This document shows positions 19,249 to 27,150 of a stretch of DNA of 64,000 nucleotides, piece after piece. Within the stretch, counting starts at the first letter, position 1. The number at the start of each line of letters is the position of its first letter. Below the pieces are notes generated by a model. It searched no databases. It had not been told where the DNA came from and saw nothing but the letters and a program-made list of their open reading frames with translations. The translations under genes were made by a program, and so were the position numbers. The stretch is from contig FR891099.1 of the NCBI GenBank assembly GCA_000433515.1, forward strand, positions 397 through 64,396. The letters run 5' to 3'. This DNA is from Candidatus Colimorpha enterica (lineage in GTDB: Bacteria; Bacillota; Clostridia; Oscillospirales; CAG-272).

Positions 19249-20145
19249 TTATCTTGCACCGTCATCTCTGGAACGCTTAGACTTCTGCTGTTCCTCCATA
19301 ATACGGTTCATATCCTGAGATAATTCATTGGCAGAATCACGAATCTTGTCGAGCTGACCGCGAATTTCTTTCGGATCTGCGTCCTTGAACATTTCGGGAA
19401 CCTTTTCAAAGTCAAAGTCACCGGTATCAAAGCCGTTGCGCTCGCACAGCACATAGGTTGCACAATAAGCAGTGAACACGCAGTCCTCTCGGGCAACGCC
19501 GTTCTTTGCAAAGTTGGCAATTACGATTTCCTGCGAAAGACTTCTGAAAATATCCTCACCGTCAAGTCCCTGGCGGATATAAATGGCGTCGTCCTTCGGC
19601 ACATATCTTGCACACACATTGCCGTCAAGCTCGTTCGTCATGCGAATATCACACGGGGAAGAAGAAATCAAAGCCTTTAACACTCGGCGTTCATCCGGCG
19701 TTCTGCGGGAATAGTTTCGCTCACTGTTGGTCTGTGAAATGTCAAATACCTTTTTCACATTGATAGAAAAGCCGGTTGAGCCGTCTTCACGGGTAAACTC
19801 ATTGCCGGGTTCGAGCAAGGTAATGCCACGCTCGCCTTTCTGAACAAACACGCCTTTTTCTTTCCATGTTTCAAAGTCGGCAAGATAGGTTGCTTCGTTA
19901 TTCTGATACGAAATGAGCAAGGCATTGCTGACAGAGTATTTTCCGAATCTGCTTTGGATGAGCAGATAGTCGCGGAAGGTTTCGGGATTAGCGACCGCCT
20001 CCTCGGTAGCAGCATCGAGCATTTCAAATGCTTCGGCGCGTTCCTGCTGTTTCTTTGCGGCCCATTCCTCTTTGTTAAACGGGCGCTCGGTTTTAGACTC
20101 CTTTTTCTCACCGTTTGCGGTAAAAAGATCATCATAATTATTCAT
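19249..20145 (-). CDS. ArdC-N-like ssDNA-binding domain protein
   Basis: PETFRDYLLIQSRFGKYSVSNALLISYQNNEATYLADFETWKEKGVFVQKGERGITLLEP..VFDISQT follows the ArdC N-domain pattern. The N-terminus of the polyvalent protein is similar. Confidence 0.65.
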   Translation of the reverse strand: MNNYDDLFTANGEKKESKTERPFNKEEWAAKKQQERAEAFEMLDAATEEAVANPETFRDYLLIQSRFGKYSVSNALLISYQNNEATYLADFETWKEKGVFVQKGERGITLLEPGNEFTREDGSTGFSINVKKVFDISQTNSERNYSRRTPDERRVLKALISSSPCDIRMTNELDGNVCARYVPKDDAIYIRQGLDGEDIFRSLSQEIVIANFAKNGVAREDCVFTAYCATYVLCERNGFDTGDFDFEKVPEMFKDADPKEIRGQLDKIRDSANELSQDMNRIMEEQQKSKRSRDDGAR

Positions 20146-20148
20146 ACA

Positions 20149-20925
20149 TCATCTCTCCTTAGATTTTTTCTTTTTTGGTGGAGCTTTGTGCTCTGCGGTT
20201 TTGTTCGGGCTGTTTTTGGATTTGCCTTTCGTTTTTTTCTCTCTGTCCATTTCCTCGCGGATTTCCTTTAGTTCCTTCCGCACAGACGGACGGCGTTCCG
20301 CTAATGTGCGTTCATCCGCCGAACGGTCCTTTGAATCTGGACTGTTCTTTGAAGAAGGCACGGACTGACTTTGTTTCGCAGTCCGTGCCTCTGTGGGGTT
20401 TACGGTATGCGGTTCCTCCTTTGTGGGGTTGGGTTTTGCCATAACCTCGTCAAGAAACTTTTCCGCTTCACCCTTTTCCTTTGAAGCACGCTCGGGAGCG
20501 TCCTTCTCTTTTGCTTTTTCCGGATATACATCGGCGACATTTTCGGGGACAAGACCCAACTTTTCAAAAATGCGGTCTATTTTTGCTTTGTCCTCCGCTT
20601 TAACCATAACCTCAGTTAATCCGTCGTTTTTATTTCTGTCCTTAAGCACAGTATAGAGCATACCGTATTTCTTTGCCTGCTCGCAGAACCTTTTCAGGTT
20701 TGCATCCGACACCTGATAAATGTCCAGTTTCTTGCCGGACTTCACAAGGTTGGAAAGCCGCATCTGACCTTTGGTTTTCTTGGATTGCTTGGACAAATCC
20801 TTTAGGGCTTTGAAAAGAAGCTTTGCAACTTCTTTTGCTCCGGAGCCTGTAATTTTTAATGCGGCTTCGGCTCCGTTAAGTGACATTCTCACTACTTGAT
20901 CTGCCGCTTCTGCTGATGTGTTCAT
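20149..20925 (-). CDS. pcfB: PcfB-family (DUF3801-like) protein with a K/E-rich tail
   Basis: N-terminus reads AADQVVRMSLNGAEAALKITGSGAKEVAKLLFKALKD...YGMLYTVLKD, followed by a low-complexity basic/acidic C-terminus. Confidence 0.7.
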   Translation of the reverse strand: MNTSAEAADQVVRMSLNGAEAALKITGSGAKEVAKLLFKALKDLSKQSKKTKGQMRLSNLVKSGKKLDIYQVSDANLKRFCEQAKKYGMLYTVLKDRNKNDGLTEVMVKAEDKAKIDRIFEKLGLVPENVADVYPEKAKEKDAPERASKEKGEAEKFLDEVMAKPNPTKEEPHTVNPTEARTAKQSQSVPSSKNSPDSKDRSADERTLAERRPSVRKELKEIREEMDREKKTKGKSKNSPNKTAEHKAPPKKKKSKER

Positions 20926-22261
20926 TCTTCAACCTATCCTTTCCTCTGAATTTTTCGCTTTCGATACGGGTCAGCTTTTCCCGCACCGATTCCATGCGCT
21001 CTAAAACTCCGTCGCAAGCGCCTATCTCACGGCGTAGCTTTTTGAGCTGCCTTGTGTAAATGTCAATGTTGTACTTTGTCTTGCTTATCATGGCTTCGTC
21101 GCCGGCACGAATTGCCCGCTTTAAGGCATTTCTCATATCCTGCCTTAGTTTTATTACTTCCGGTATTTGTGCCGTTGCCTCAGCACGGTAAGCCAATAAC
21201 TGTTCGCGGTTTTCGATTTTATGCTCCGTAAGCATCAAAAGCTGGTCGGAATAGCTTCGCATTTTGCCCTGGTCCTCACGAACAAGAAAGCACATTTTTT
21301 TATTTGTGTTCGGTCTTTCCGTCGTGATTTTCAGAGCCGTAACAAAGCAATGGTAAACCGCCGTGTAATTCATAGACGCAACCGGTCGGTCCTGTCCGTC
21401 AAAAATCTGCTGCGGTGACTCCTGCGGCGGGACTTCGGGGAACTCGGGATAATCGTTATACCGTATGCGTTCGAGAATTTCTTCCGGCGTATATCCGGGA
21501 CCGAGAGAACTAAAACGCACAAAGCGTTCTCCGCCGACGTGCTTGATTTTCGGATATTTACCGCTTTGGTCGATGATAAAGCCCATCTGATCCATCGCTT
21601 CAAGAAATTCAAGCCTACTACCGGAGCCGCAGACAGCAATATCGATTGCTTCGCGAATCGTTCCCCGTACAGTCGGTCTGCCTTCAAACTCCGCTCGCCA
21701 TTCGGCATAGCTTTTGCCTTTTGCTTTCGGATTCCTGATAACAGAAAGACCGTACTCTTTACAGAGCCGGTCCGATTCTTCACGCATTAGATTGTAAGTT
21801 TCTTTGTTGTCATAATATCGCTTGCCGTCGACATACGAGATTGAATTCAGAGCAAAGTGATTATGATAATGCCCCGTATTACAGTGTGTGGTAACAACAA
21901 CTTGGAATCTATCTTCCCAGAGTTTTTTCGCAAGCTTTACTCCGATTTCATGTGCCGTCTTTGCATCCACTTCACCAGCCGCAAAGGACTGATAACCGTG
22001 ATATGCAACAATCCCACCGTTTTTTTTCCATAACCGTTTTGCATCCATAAATTCAACCACAGCATTATTTTCATCACAGTTTATACCGGTCACAAATAAT
22101 TGTTGTTCTGTTTTCATTGCGTCCGCGTCATATTCAATAACATTTTCAATGCTGTGCATTGCCGCCGCATATTCAAGATCCGCCGTCTTTTCGGGATTGA
22201 CAACATACCGAATCAGTTTATCCACACGTCCACGAATATCCCAAATTTTAGTCGTTGCCAT
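20876..22261 (-). CDS. relaxase (relaxase/mobilisation nuclease domain)
   Basis: Start moved to MATTKIWDIRG (ATG 22261, overlapping the mobC stop). The His-cluster is VVTTHCNTGHYHNHFALNSI. The C-terminus is coiled-coil. Confidence 0.85.
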   Translation of the reverse strand: MATTKIWDIRGRVDKLIRYVVNPEKTADLEYAAAMHSIENVIEYDADAMKTEQQLFVTGINCDENNAVVEFMDAKRLWKKNGGIVAYHGYQSFAAGEVDAKTAHEIGVKLAKKLWEDRFQVVVTTHCNTGHYHNHFALNSISYVDGKRYYDNKETYNLMREESDRLCKEYGLSVIRNPKAKGKSYAEWRAEFEGRPTVRGTIREAIDIAVCGSGSRLEFLEAMDQMGFIIDQSGKYPKIKHVGGERFVRFSSLGPGYTPEEILERIRYNDYPEFPEVPPQESPQQIFDGQDRPVASMNYTAVYHCFVTALKITTERPNTNKKMCFLVREDQGKMRSYSDQLLMLTEHKIENREQLLAYRAEATAQIPEVIKLRQDMRNALKRAIRAGDEAMISKTKYNIDIYTRQLKKLRREIGACDGVLERMESVREKLTRIESEKFRGKDRLKNEHISRSGRSSSENVT

Positions 22262-22586
22262 TGTATTCCTCTGAAAACGCCTTCCAGAGCATTTTGTTTG
22301 TCGCTCGGATTTCCTCCATGAGTTTTCGCAATTCGGGTGTGTCAATGAAATTTTTAGTTCTTGCAACAACAAGTAATTGATTCAGATTTGCGCTTTCACG
22401 ACTGATCTTTGAAAGCATTTTATAATAGTCGGCAGGCGGCGCTTCTTTAGGCGAGAATCCGTTTATCAGACTGCGGATATAGCTTTCTCTTGAGCATTTG
22501 CATTTGCCGACTTTTTTCATAAGCACAGCATATTCTTCTTCTGACAAACGGAGTGGAATTTGAATGTTTCTACTTCTCATTAGCAC
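22248..22586 (-). CDS. mobC: MobC-like relaxosome accessory protein
   Basis: 112 aa. IPLRLSEEEYAVLMKKV...ESYIRSLINGF...ISRESANLNQLLVVAR has the typical MobC/RHH layout. Sits immediately upstream of the relaxase. Confidence 0.8.
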   Translation of the reverse strand: MLMRSRNIQIPLRLSEEEYAVLMKKVGKCKCSRESYIRSLINGFSPKEAPPADYYKMLSKISRESANLNQLLVVARTKNFIDTPELRKLMEEIRATNKMLWKAFSEEYNGND

Positions 22587-22693
22587 AACCTTTCTGCGGG
22601 GTTTTAGGGGCGGCGAGCCTCTAACAAGCGAATTTGGATAGCCAAATTCAGTGCTTGCTAAGACAATGCCGTACTCTAACCCCGCTGTTTATT
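22587..22693 (-). promoter_or_regulatory. candidate oriT region
   Basis: Non-coding gap immediately upstream of mobC-relaxase. It contains the perfect inverted repeat GAATTTGG-ATAG-CCAAATTC at 22630-22649. The nick site was not identified. Confidence 0.4.
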
Positions 22694-23218
22694 TCATCTT
22701 TCCTCACGGATGTCTTTGTTCTTTACAGGCTGAGAAACAGCACGTTCATAATCGTCTCTTTTCATATAGCAGCGGTCGATTTTCCAAGCGTTTTCTCCAC
22801 GCATATATCCCTCAAGACGGATACATTGGTCGGTTCCGTCAAGGCAAGAACCGTAGATAGAATAGCCACCGGCTCCGCTGATAAACGCCTTGTTGTTGCT
22901 TGACACCGCATAGGTTCGGGACTGCTCTGAATAGGGCTTATCAAAGCTATCGGGGGAGAATACGATATATCCGCAAACAGGTTCCTTATGCTTATCGTTG
23001 ACATGATGGAATACATCGGACATCTCACGGTAACTGAGGTCAATTATCGGCTCTGCCGATTCAAACTCCACGCCTTCAAAACATTCCGCGTCAAGGATAT
23101 ATTCACCCCTGTACCAACCGTCGCTGACTAACTGCTCTGCTTCTTCCATGCTGTCCGCTTCGACAGTTACCTTCATTTTGAGGGTTTCGACAATCGTTAC
23201 ATCAAATTCCTTCGGCAT
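22694..23218 (-). CDS. DpnD/PcfM-like N-domain fused to an uncharacterised C-domain
   Basis: N-terminus FDVTIVETLKMKVTVEADSMEEAEQLVSDGWYRGEYILDAECFEGVEFE matches the DpnD/PcfM pattern. Confidence 0.6.
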   Translation of the reverse strand: MPKEFDVTIVETLKMKVTVEADSMEEAEQLVSDGWYRGEYILDAECFEGVEFESAEPIIDLSYREMSDVFHHVNDKHKEPVCGYIVFSPDSFDKPYSEQSRTYAVSSNNKAFISGAGGYSIYGSCLDGTDQCIRLEGYMRGENAWKIDRCYMKRDDYERAVSQPVKNKDIREER

Positions 23219-23944
23219 TTATCTCGCCTCATTTCTTTCCGGTTTGTACTTTATTGCTGTAATTTCACCGTTTATTCTGCAAAATTGTTCGGGATACTTA
23301 AACTGCTTAAGGAACCTTTGTTGCTGTTCTTCGCTGAGACTTCCGAAGCTCGGCTTACTGCAATCACAGATGAAAAAGGTGCCCGCCATAATATCCATGA
23401 TTGTGCCGTCCTCGTTGTAGATAGCACGGTTCAGCGGCTTCCCACAAATCTTACCCTCATCATCGCATACGATACAGACTTGTTCCTCATAAGGGTAAAA
23501 GGTTTCAATATTGCCTTCTACAGACGCCTGTAATTCGGAAAGACTTGTCCCGATATGAGCGATACGGGCAAGCTTGCCCGGCTCGACGAGTACAACCGTA
23601 ATTTTGTTGTCCATATTCTTCTCAGCTTTTTCCGGTTCAAAGTCAATCTTCTTAAAGCCGATACTGTCGCAAAAGTAATAGCCCTTTAAGACCGAATCGG
23701 ACTCCGCTATTTCCACAATATCGGATACCGAAAGCGAATGTCCCTTAAATCCGGGCGGACTGTCAATGTTGAATTTCTCATAGACCTCCTCCAGACCCTT
23801 ACAGGCAACCTCACCGTCAAATACGCAGTCGTAAATTCCACTTCGTATGTCTCCGCCGGTTCGTCTTATCGTGTTTTCATAATTGGTAAAGCTGTAGCTG
23901 CCGTTATCTCTGTCCATATTGATTTGATAGATTTTAATTTTCAT
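23219..23944 (-). CDS. YodL-like + DUF3846-like two-domain protein
   Basis: MKIKIYQINMDRD...HSLSVSDIVEI is YodL-like. ITVVLVEPGKLARIAHIGTSLSELQASV...IVCDDEG...GTFFIC is DUF3846-like. Confidence 0.6.
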   Translation of the reverse strand: MKIKIYQINMDRDNGSYSFTNYENTIRRTGGDIRSGIYDCVFDGEVACKGLEEVYEKFNIDSPPGFKGHSLSVSDIVEIAESDSVLKGYYFCDSIGFKKIDFEPEKAEKNMDNKITVVLVEPGKLARIAHIGTSLSELQASVEGNIETFYPYEEQVCIVCDDEGKICGKPLNRAIYNEDGTIMDIMAGTFFICDCSKPSFGSLSEEQQQRFLKQFKYPEQFCRINGEITAIKYKPERNEAR

Positions 23945-24876
23945 CGCACCTGCTCCTTTCTTTTTTCTTTTTGTATTTCGTTTTTCAGATAGTCATTAAA
24001 GTCTTTGCCGCTTTGCGGCGGCTGGTCAATGACAGTGTATTGAGAGGACAACGCCTCGGTGATCTGCTTTGTTGCCGTTCTGCCGATTTCATCGTTATCC
24101 AAATGAAGATAGACAACTTTTGTACCGGTATGGCGTTCAAGATAGGTTCTCAGCGCTAACGGAATATCCTGCTTGTTATCCGTTTTATATACGCCTGCAA
24201 GGGACAGCAGATCGTCTCTGCGCCAGTTCCGCTTGATTCTTATTTCAAGGCTTGCGTAGCTGAGTAAGTCGATAGCCGCCTCAAATAAATGCACCGTCCC
24301 AGTGTCTCTTTCAGCCGGAATGAAAAACGAGAAGCGTTTGTCACTCCCCGTCAAATCCCTTTTGAAATCTGACACCGTACTGCGTACAGCACCGTATTTC
24401 GGCGTATTGCCGTCGTACCCCAAGAACACGCAATTATGATACTTTGCGTCCTCATAGAGCATTTTGTTCTCATGGCAAAAGTTGATAACCGTATCCGATA
24501 TCCCTCTGCCTTTGAGATAACGCCGAACCTCACAAATATCTTCGTTGTATAGGGGAAGTTCCAGTTTCTTCGGCTCAATCGGCTTTTCGATTCCGGTGTA
24601 GACCGGTGGCAGCACCGCCGCATAGCCCGTAATGATTTCCACCGCCTTAACAAAAGAAATGCCCTTGACTTTTATGAGGTAGTCAAGAGCTGTTTTACCG
24701 CCTATATGCCGAGAAAACCAATGCCATTTGCCGTTTGAAATCTTTAGGGAATCATGCTCCTTGGTACACCAAGTATCATGTGAAATCTTTTTGAGATTTC
24801 CCGGCTCATAGCTTTGCAAATAGGTCAAGAGATCCATCTGCTTTGCCTTTTCTATTTGTTCGGGAGTTACCCACAT
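23941..24876 (-). CDS. DUF3991 + Toprim domain protein (primase-like)
   Basis: ...SLKISNGKWHWFSRHIGGKTALDYLIKVKG... followed by VHLFEAAIDLLS and YLHLDNDEIGR...GKDFNDYL (Toprim acidic motifs). Confidence 0.75.
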   Translation of the reverse strand: MWVTPEQIEKAKQMDLLTYLQSYEPGNLKKISHDTWCTKEHDSLKISNGKWHWFSRHIGGKTALDYLIKVKGISFVKAVEIITGYAAVLPPVYTGIEKPIEPKKLELPLYNEDICEVRRYLKGRGISDTVINFCHENKMLYEDAKYHNCVFLGYDGNTPKYGAVRSTVSDFKRDLTGSDKRFSFFIPAERDTGTVHLFEAAIDLLSYASLEIRIKRNWRRDDLLSLAGVYKTDNKQDIPLALRTYLERHTGTKVVYLHLDNDEIGRTATKQITEALSSQYTVIDQPPQSGKDFNDYLKNEIQKEKRKEQVR

Positions 24877-24888
24877 AAGGGCACCACC

Positions 24889-25227
24889 TTATCGGGAATC
24901 TCTTTCGGACTTTAGAAAATCGTCTCTGCACTTTTCGTTTGCTGTGCATTCAATCATATCTCGAATATCATCCATATAATGCGATTCATGATTTTCCCAT
25001 CGCTCAAACACCTTTTCAAGAGGATTGCTCTCCCGCAGAAGTGCTTTGCACTGTTTGTCCGACAAATTCAGTTCTTCCATCGCAAGCACGATATCTTGTT
25101 TTACGGTATATGCATAAGCGTGTTCCAGGGCTTCGGCTGAAGGCATTGATAACAGCTCGTCCTTGTATTCATCAAGTTCCTCGCTCATCTGCTGATACAA
25201 TTTTGTGTTCAGTTCTTCATTCGTCAT
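24889..25227 (-). CDS. DUF3848-like small helical protein
   Basis: 112 aa. EELNTKLYQQMSEELDEYKDELLSMPSAEALEHAYAYTVKQDIV. Family assignment is from memory. Confidence 0.5.
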   Translation of the reverse strand: MTNEELNTKLYQQMSEELDEYKDELLSMPSAEALEHAYAYTVKQDIVLAMEELNLSDKQCKALLRESNPLEKVFERWENHESHYMDDIRDMIECTANEKCRDDFLKSERDSR

Positions 25228-25636
25228 AAGCGTATTCTCCTTTTTTCAAAATACATCTTGCAATTCGTAAATAGACCATTTCGGGGTATTCTCCCTGCAA
25301 CACGATTTCATCGTAATGACGGTAGCCGTGCTCAACGACATAGTTCCAAATATCTGTATCGTTGTCGGAATCGCCGATATATTCGTCTTTGTCCTCATAG
25401 AGTGCTTCGATAATGTCTACATTATCAAGCAGCCCAACGGCGGCACGAATAGGCATATCATTGTTTTGAAACACCGACAAAACTCGCTTTGCAAAGTAGA
25501 GTTTTTCAAATTCTTCATCAAGCTCGTCGCAGTCGTAAATCATATCGTCAAGCTCGTCATCAATGATTTTATATATTAGGTCGTTAATACGCATTTCAGT
25601 AGTGATTTCATTCACCTTTTTGACATCGTTTTTCAA
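25217..25636 (-). CDS. strongly acidic hypothetical protein
   Basis: 139 aa with visibly about a quarter D+E (IIDDELDDMIYDCDELDEEFE.., EDKDEYIGDSDNDTD). No recognised motif. Confidence 0.5.
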   Translation of the reverse strand: MKNDVKKVNEITTEMRINDLIYKIIDDELDDMIYDCDELDEEFEKLYFAKRVLSVFQNNDMPIRAAVGLLDNVDIIEALYEDKDEYIGDSDNDTDIWNYVVEHGYRHYDEIVLQGEYPEMVYLRIARCILKKGEYAYDE

Positions 25637-25702
25637 ATCCTTTCACCTCGATTCTTTTTTGGTTTACCCGTCCAAGCAGGAGAACAGGTATGTAAATGGG
25701 CA

Positions 25703-25737
25703 TAAAAATAGCCGGACAGTTTTAATTCCTATCCGGC
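25703..25737 (-). terminator. hairpin + U-tract after the phosphoesterase gene
   Basis: Minus strand GCCGGA-(15 nt)-TCCGGC followed by UAUUUUUAU. Confidence 0.5.
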
Positions 25738-25760
25738 GTGAGTACAAGTATTCAGTTGTT

Positions 25761-26336
25761 TTAAAAATGTGCCGCATCACCGGCAATGATTTCAGCAAGT
25801 GTTCTCGGTGTGTAGTCCATATACGGCATCATACAACCGACATTGATAAAGTTACCGCTTGGTGTACCGTATCCGGTAGCATTTGCCTTGATTGCTTTAC
25901 GCATCTCGGTCAAATACTCATATTCCTTTGTTCGGTGAACATGACCGTAGAGCATATATGCTGTGTCGGAAAAACCCGCACGGAAGAACGGAATGGGGTA
26001 ATGGCACATTACAATGTGCTTGCCATCTTCCTTGATTTCCTTTAGGTTCGTTATATCCTGAAACATATTTCGTACCGTTCTGCTGAACTCTCTCGGATCG
26101 TGATTGCCGCGAATCAGAACCTTGTTGCCGGCAAGCGGACCGACAAAGTACGGCCATTCACTTTCCTTTGCCCAAATGAAGTCTCCGAGGATATATACGG
26201 TATCATTCGACTTTACACGGCTGTTCCAATTTTCGATAATTGCGTTATTCATTTCAATAACATCTGCGAACGGTCTGTTATCAAACTTAATCGCATTGGC
26301 GTGACCGATATGCAGGTCGGATATATAGTAATTCAT
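25761..26336 (-). CDS. calcineurin-like metallophosphoesterase
   Basis: YISDLHIGH..., YILGDF, IRGNHD, MCHYP and YGHVH motifs appear in canonical order. Confidence 0.85.
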   Translation of the reverse strand: MNYYISDLHIGHANAIKFDNRPFADVIEMNNAIIENWNSRVKSNDTVYILGDFIWAKESEWPYFVGPLAGNKVLIRGNHDPREFSRTVRNMFQDITNLKEIKEDGKHIVMCHYPIPFFRAGFSDTAYMLYGHVHRTKEYEYLTEMRKAIKANATGYGTPSGNFINVGCMMPYMDYTPRTLAEIIAGDAAHF

Positions 26337-26350
26337 TTCGTTCCTTTCCG

Positions 26351-26524
26351 CTACGCCCGTAGCTTTTTCTTGATTTTCATCAGCTTGCAGAGCAGTTCGT
26401 CAACATCCTCGGTGGGCTTACGCTCGTCAATATATGCGTTCCGTGCTTTCATTACCAAGCTGATATATGCGTTTATTTCACTGCAATTTATGGTAAGATA
26501 CCGTTTTACATCTTTGAATTTCAT
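26351..26524 (-). CDS. small conserved protein; paralogue of 19043..19234
   Basis: Start moved to MKFKDVKRYL (GGAGG 8 nt upstream). Shares the KPTEDxDxLL block with the other copy. Confidence 0.5.
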   Translation of the reverse strand: MKFKDVKRYLTINCSEINAYISLVMKARNAYIDERKPTEDVDELLCKLMKIKKKLRA

Positions 26525-26640
26525 AAGAAAAACCTCCATACTCTTGTTATCTACAACAATTATACGGAGGTTAATGATTTTGTTCAAATGTGCGATAAGA
26601 AAACGAGAGAGCACCGTATTTCGATGCTCTCCCACCTTTG

Positions 26641-26841
26641 TCAGTCATCACACCAACCGTAGCAAAACCATTCAAGATCGGCGACGGTATCGATACGTTC
26701 TTTCTTTTTTGAAGAACGCTGCTTTACCTCGTTGGTCTTGTTGGCTATATAAGCTTTGTTGTTCGGATTATGCTGATTTGCATGATTGTCCAACTGTTGC
26801 TTAGTGTGTGTCTTACTTGACACTCCGCCTTTTTTTGCCAT
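26641..26841 (-). CDS. small basic N/H/K-rich protein with C-terminal FCYGWCDD
   Basis: Start moved to MAKKGGVSSKTHTKQQLDNHANQHNPNNKAY... (AAAGGAG upstream). 66 aa. Confidence 0.45.
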   Translation of the reverse strand: MAKKGGVSSKTHTKQQLDNHANQHNPNNKAYIANKTNEVKQRSSKKKERIDTVADLEWFCYGWCDD

Positions 26842-27107
26842 CTCTTTGCTCCTTTCTCCATAGAAAGCTAACACGCTGAAGTTTCTATTGCTTTTAGGCA
26901 AACCGCCAAAGCGTGACCGTTCTTGTGCTTGATAATGCAATTAAGAATAGCCGACTACCGAGAGCCCTTTTTAAGCCACATATCAATGTCTCGCTTTCCT
27001 TTGAACAACGAAAATAGCAAGAATCTATTGCATTCATCATTATCTATGGTAGGAGTATGATTTAGTAGAATTTATGTTCACTCAACGCTACCAAATCAGA
27101 CGAAAGT

Positions 27108-27136
27108 ATTATACACTGTTTTAGTAAAAAAATCAA
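27108..27136 (-). promoter_or_regulatory. consensus-like sigma-A promoter just downstream of the polyvalent gene
   Basis: Minus strand TTGATT, a 17-nt spacer, then TATAAT, within an AT-rich ~300-nt gap. Confidence 0.5.
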
Positions 27137-27150
27137 TAAAAATAGACACA

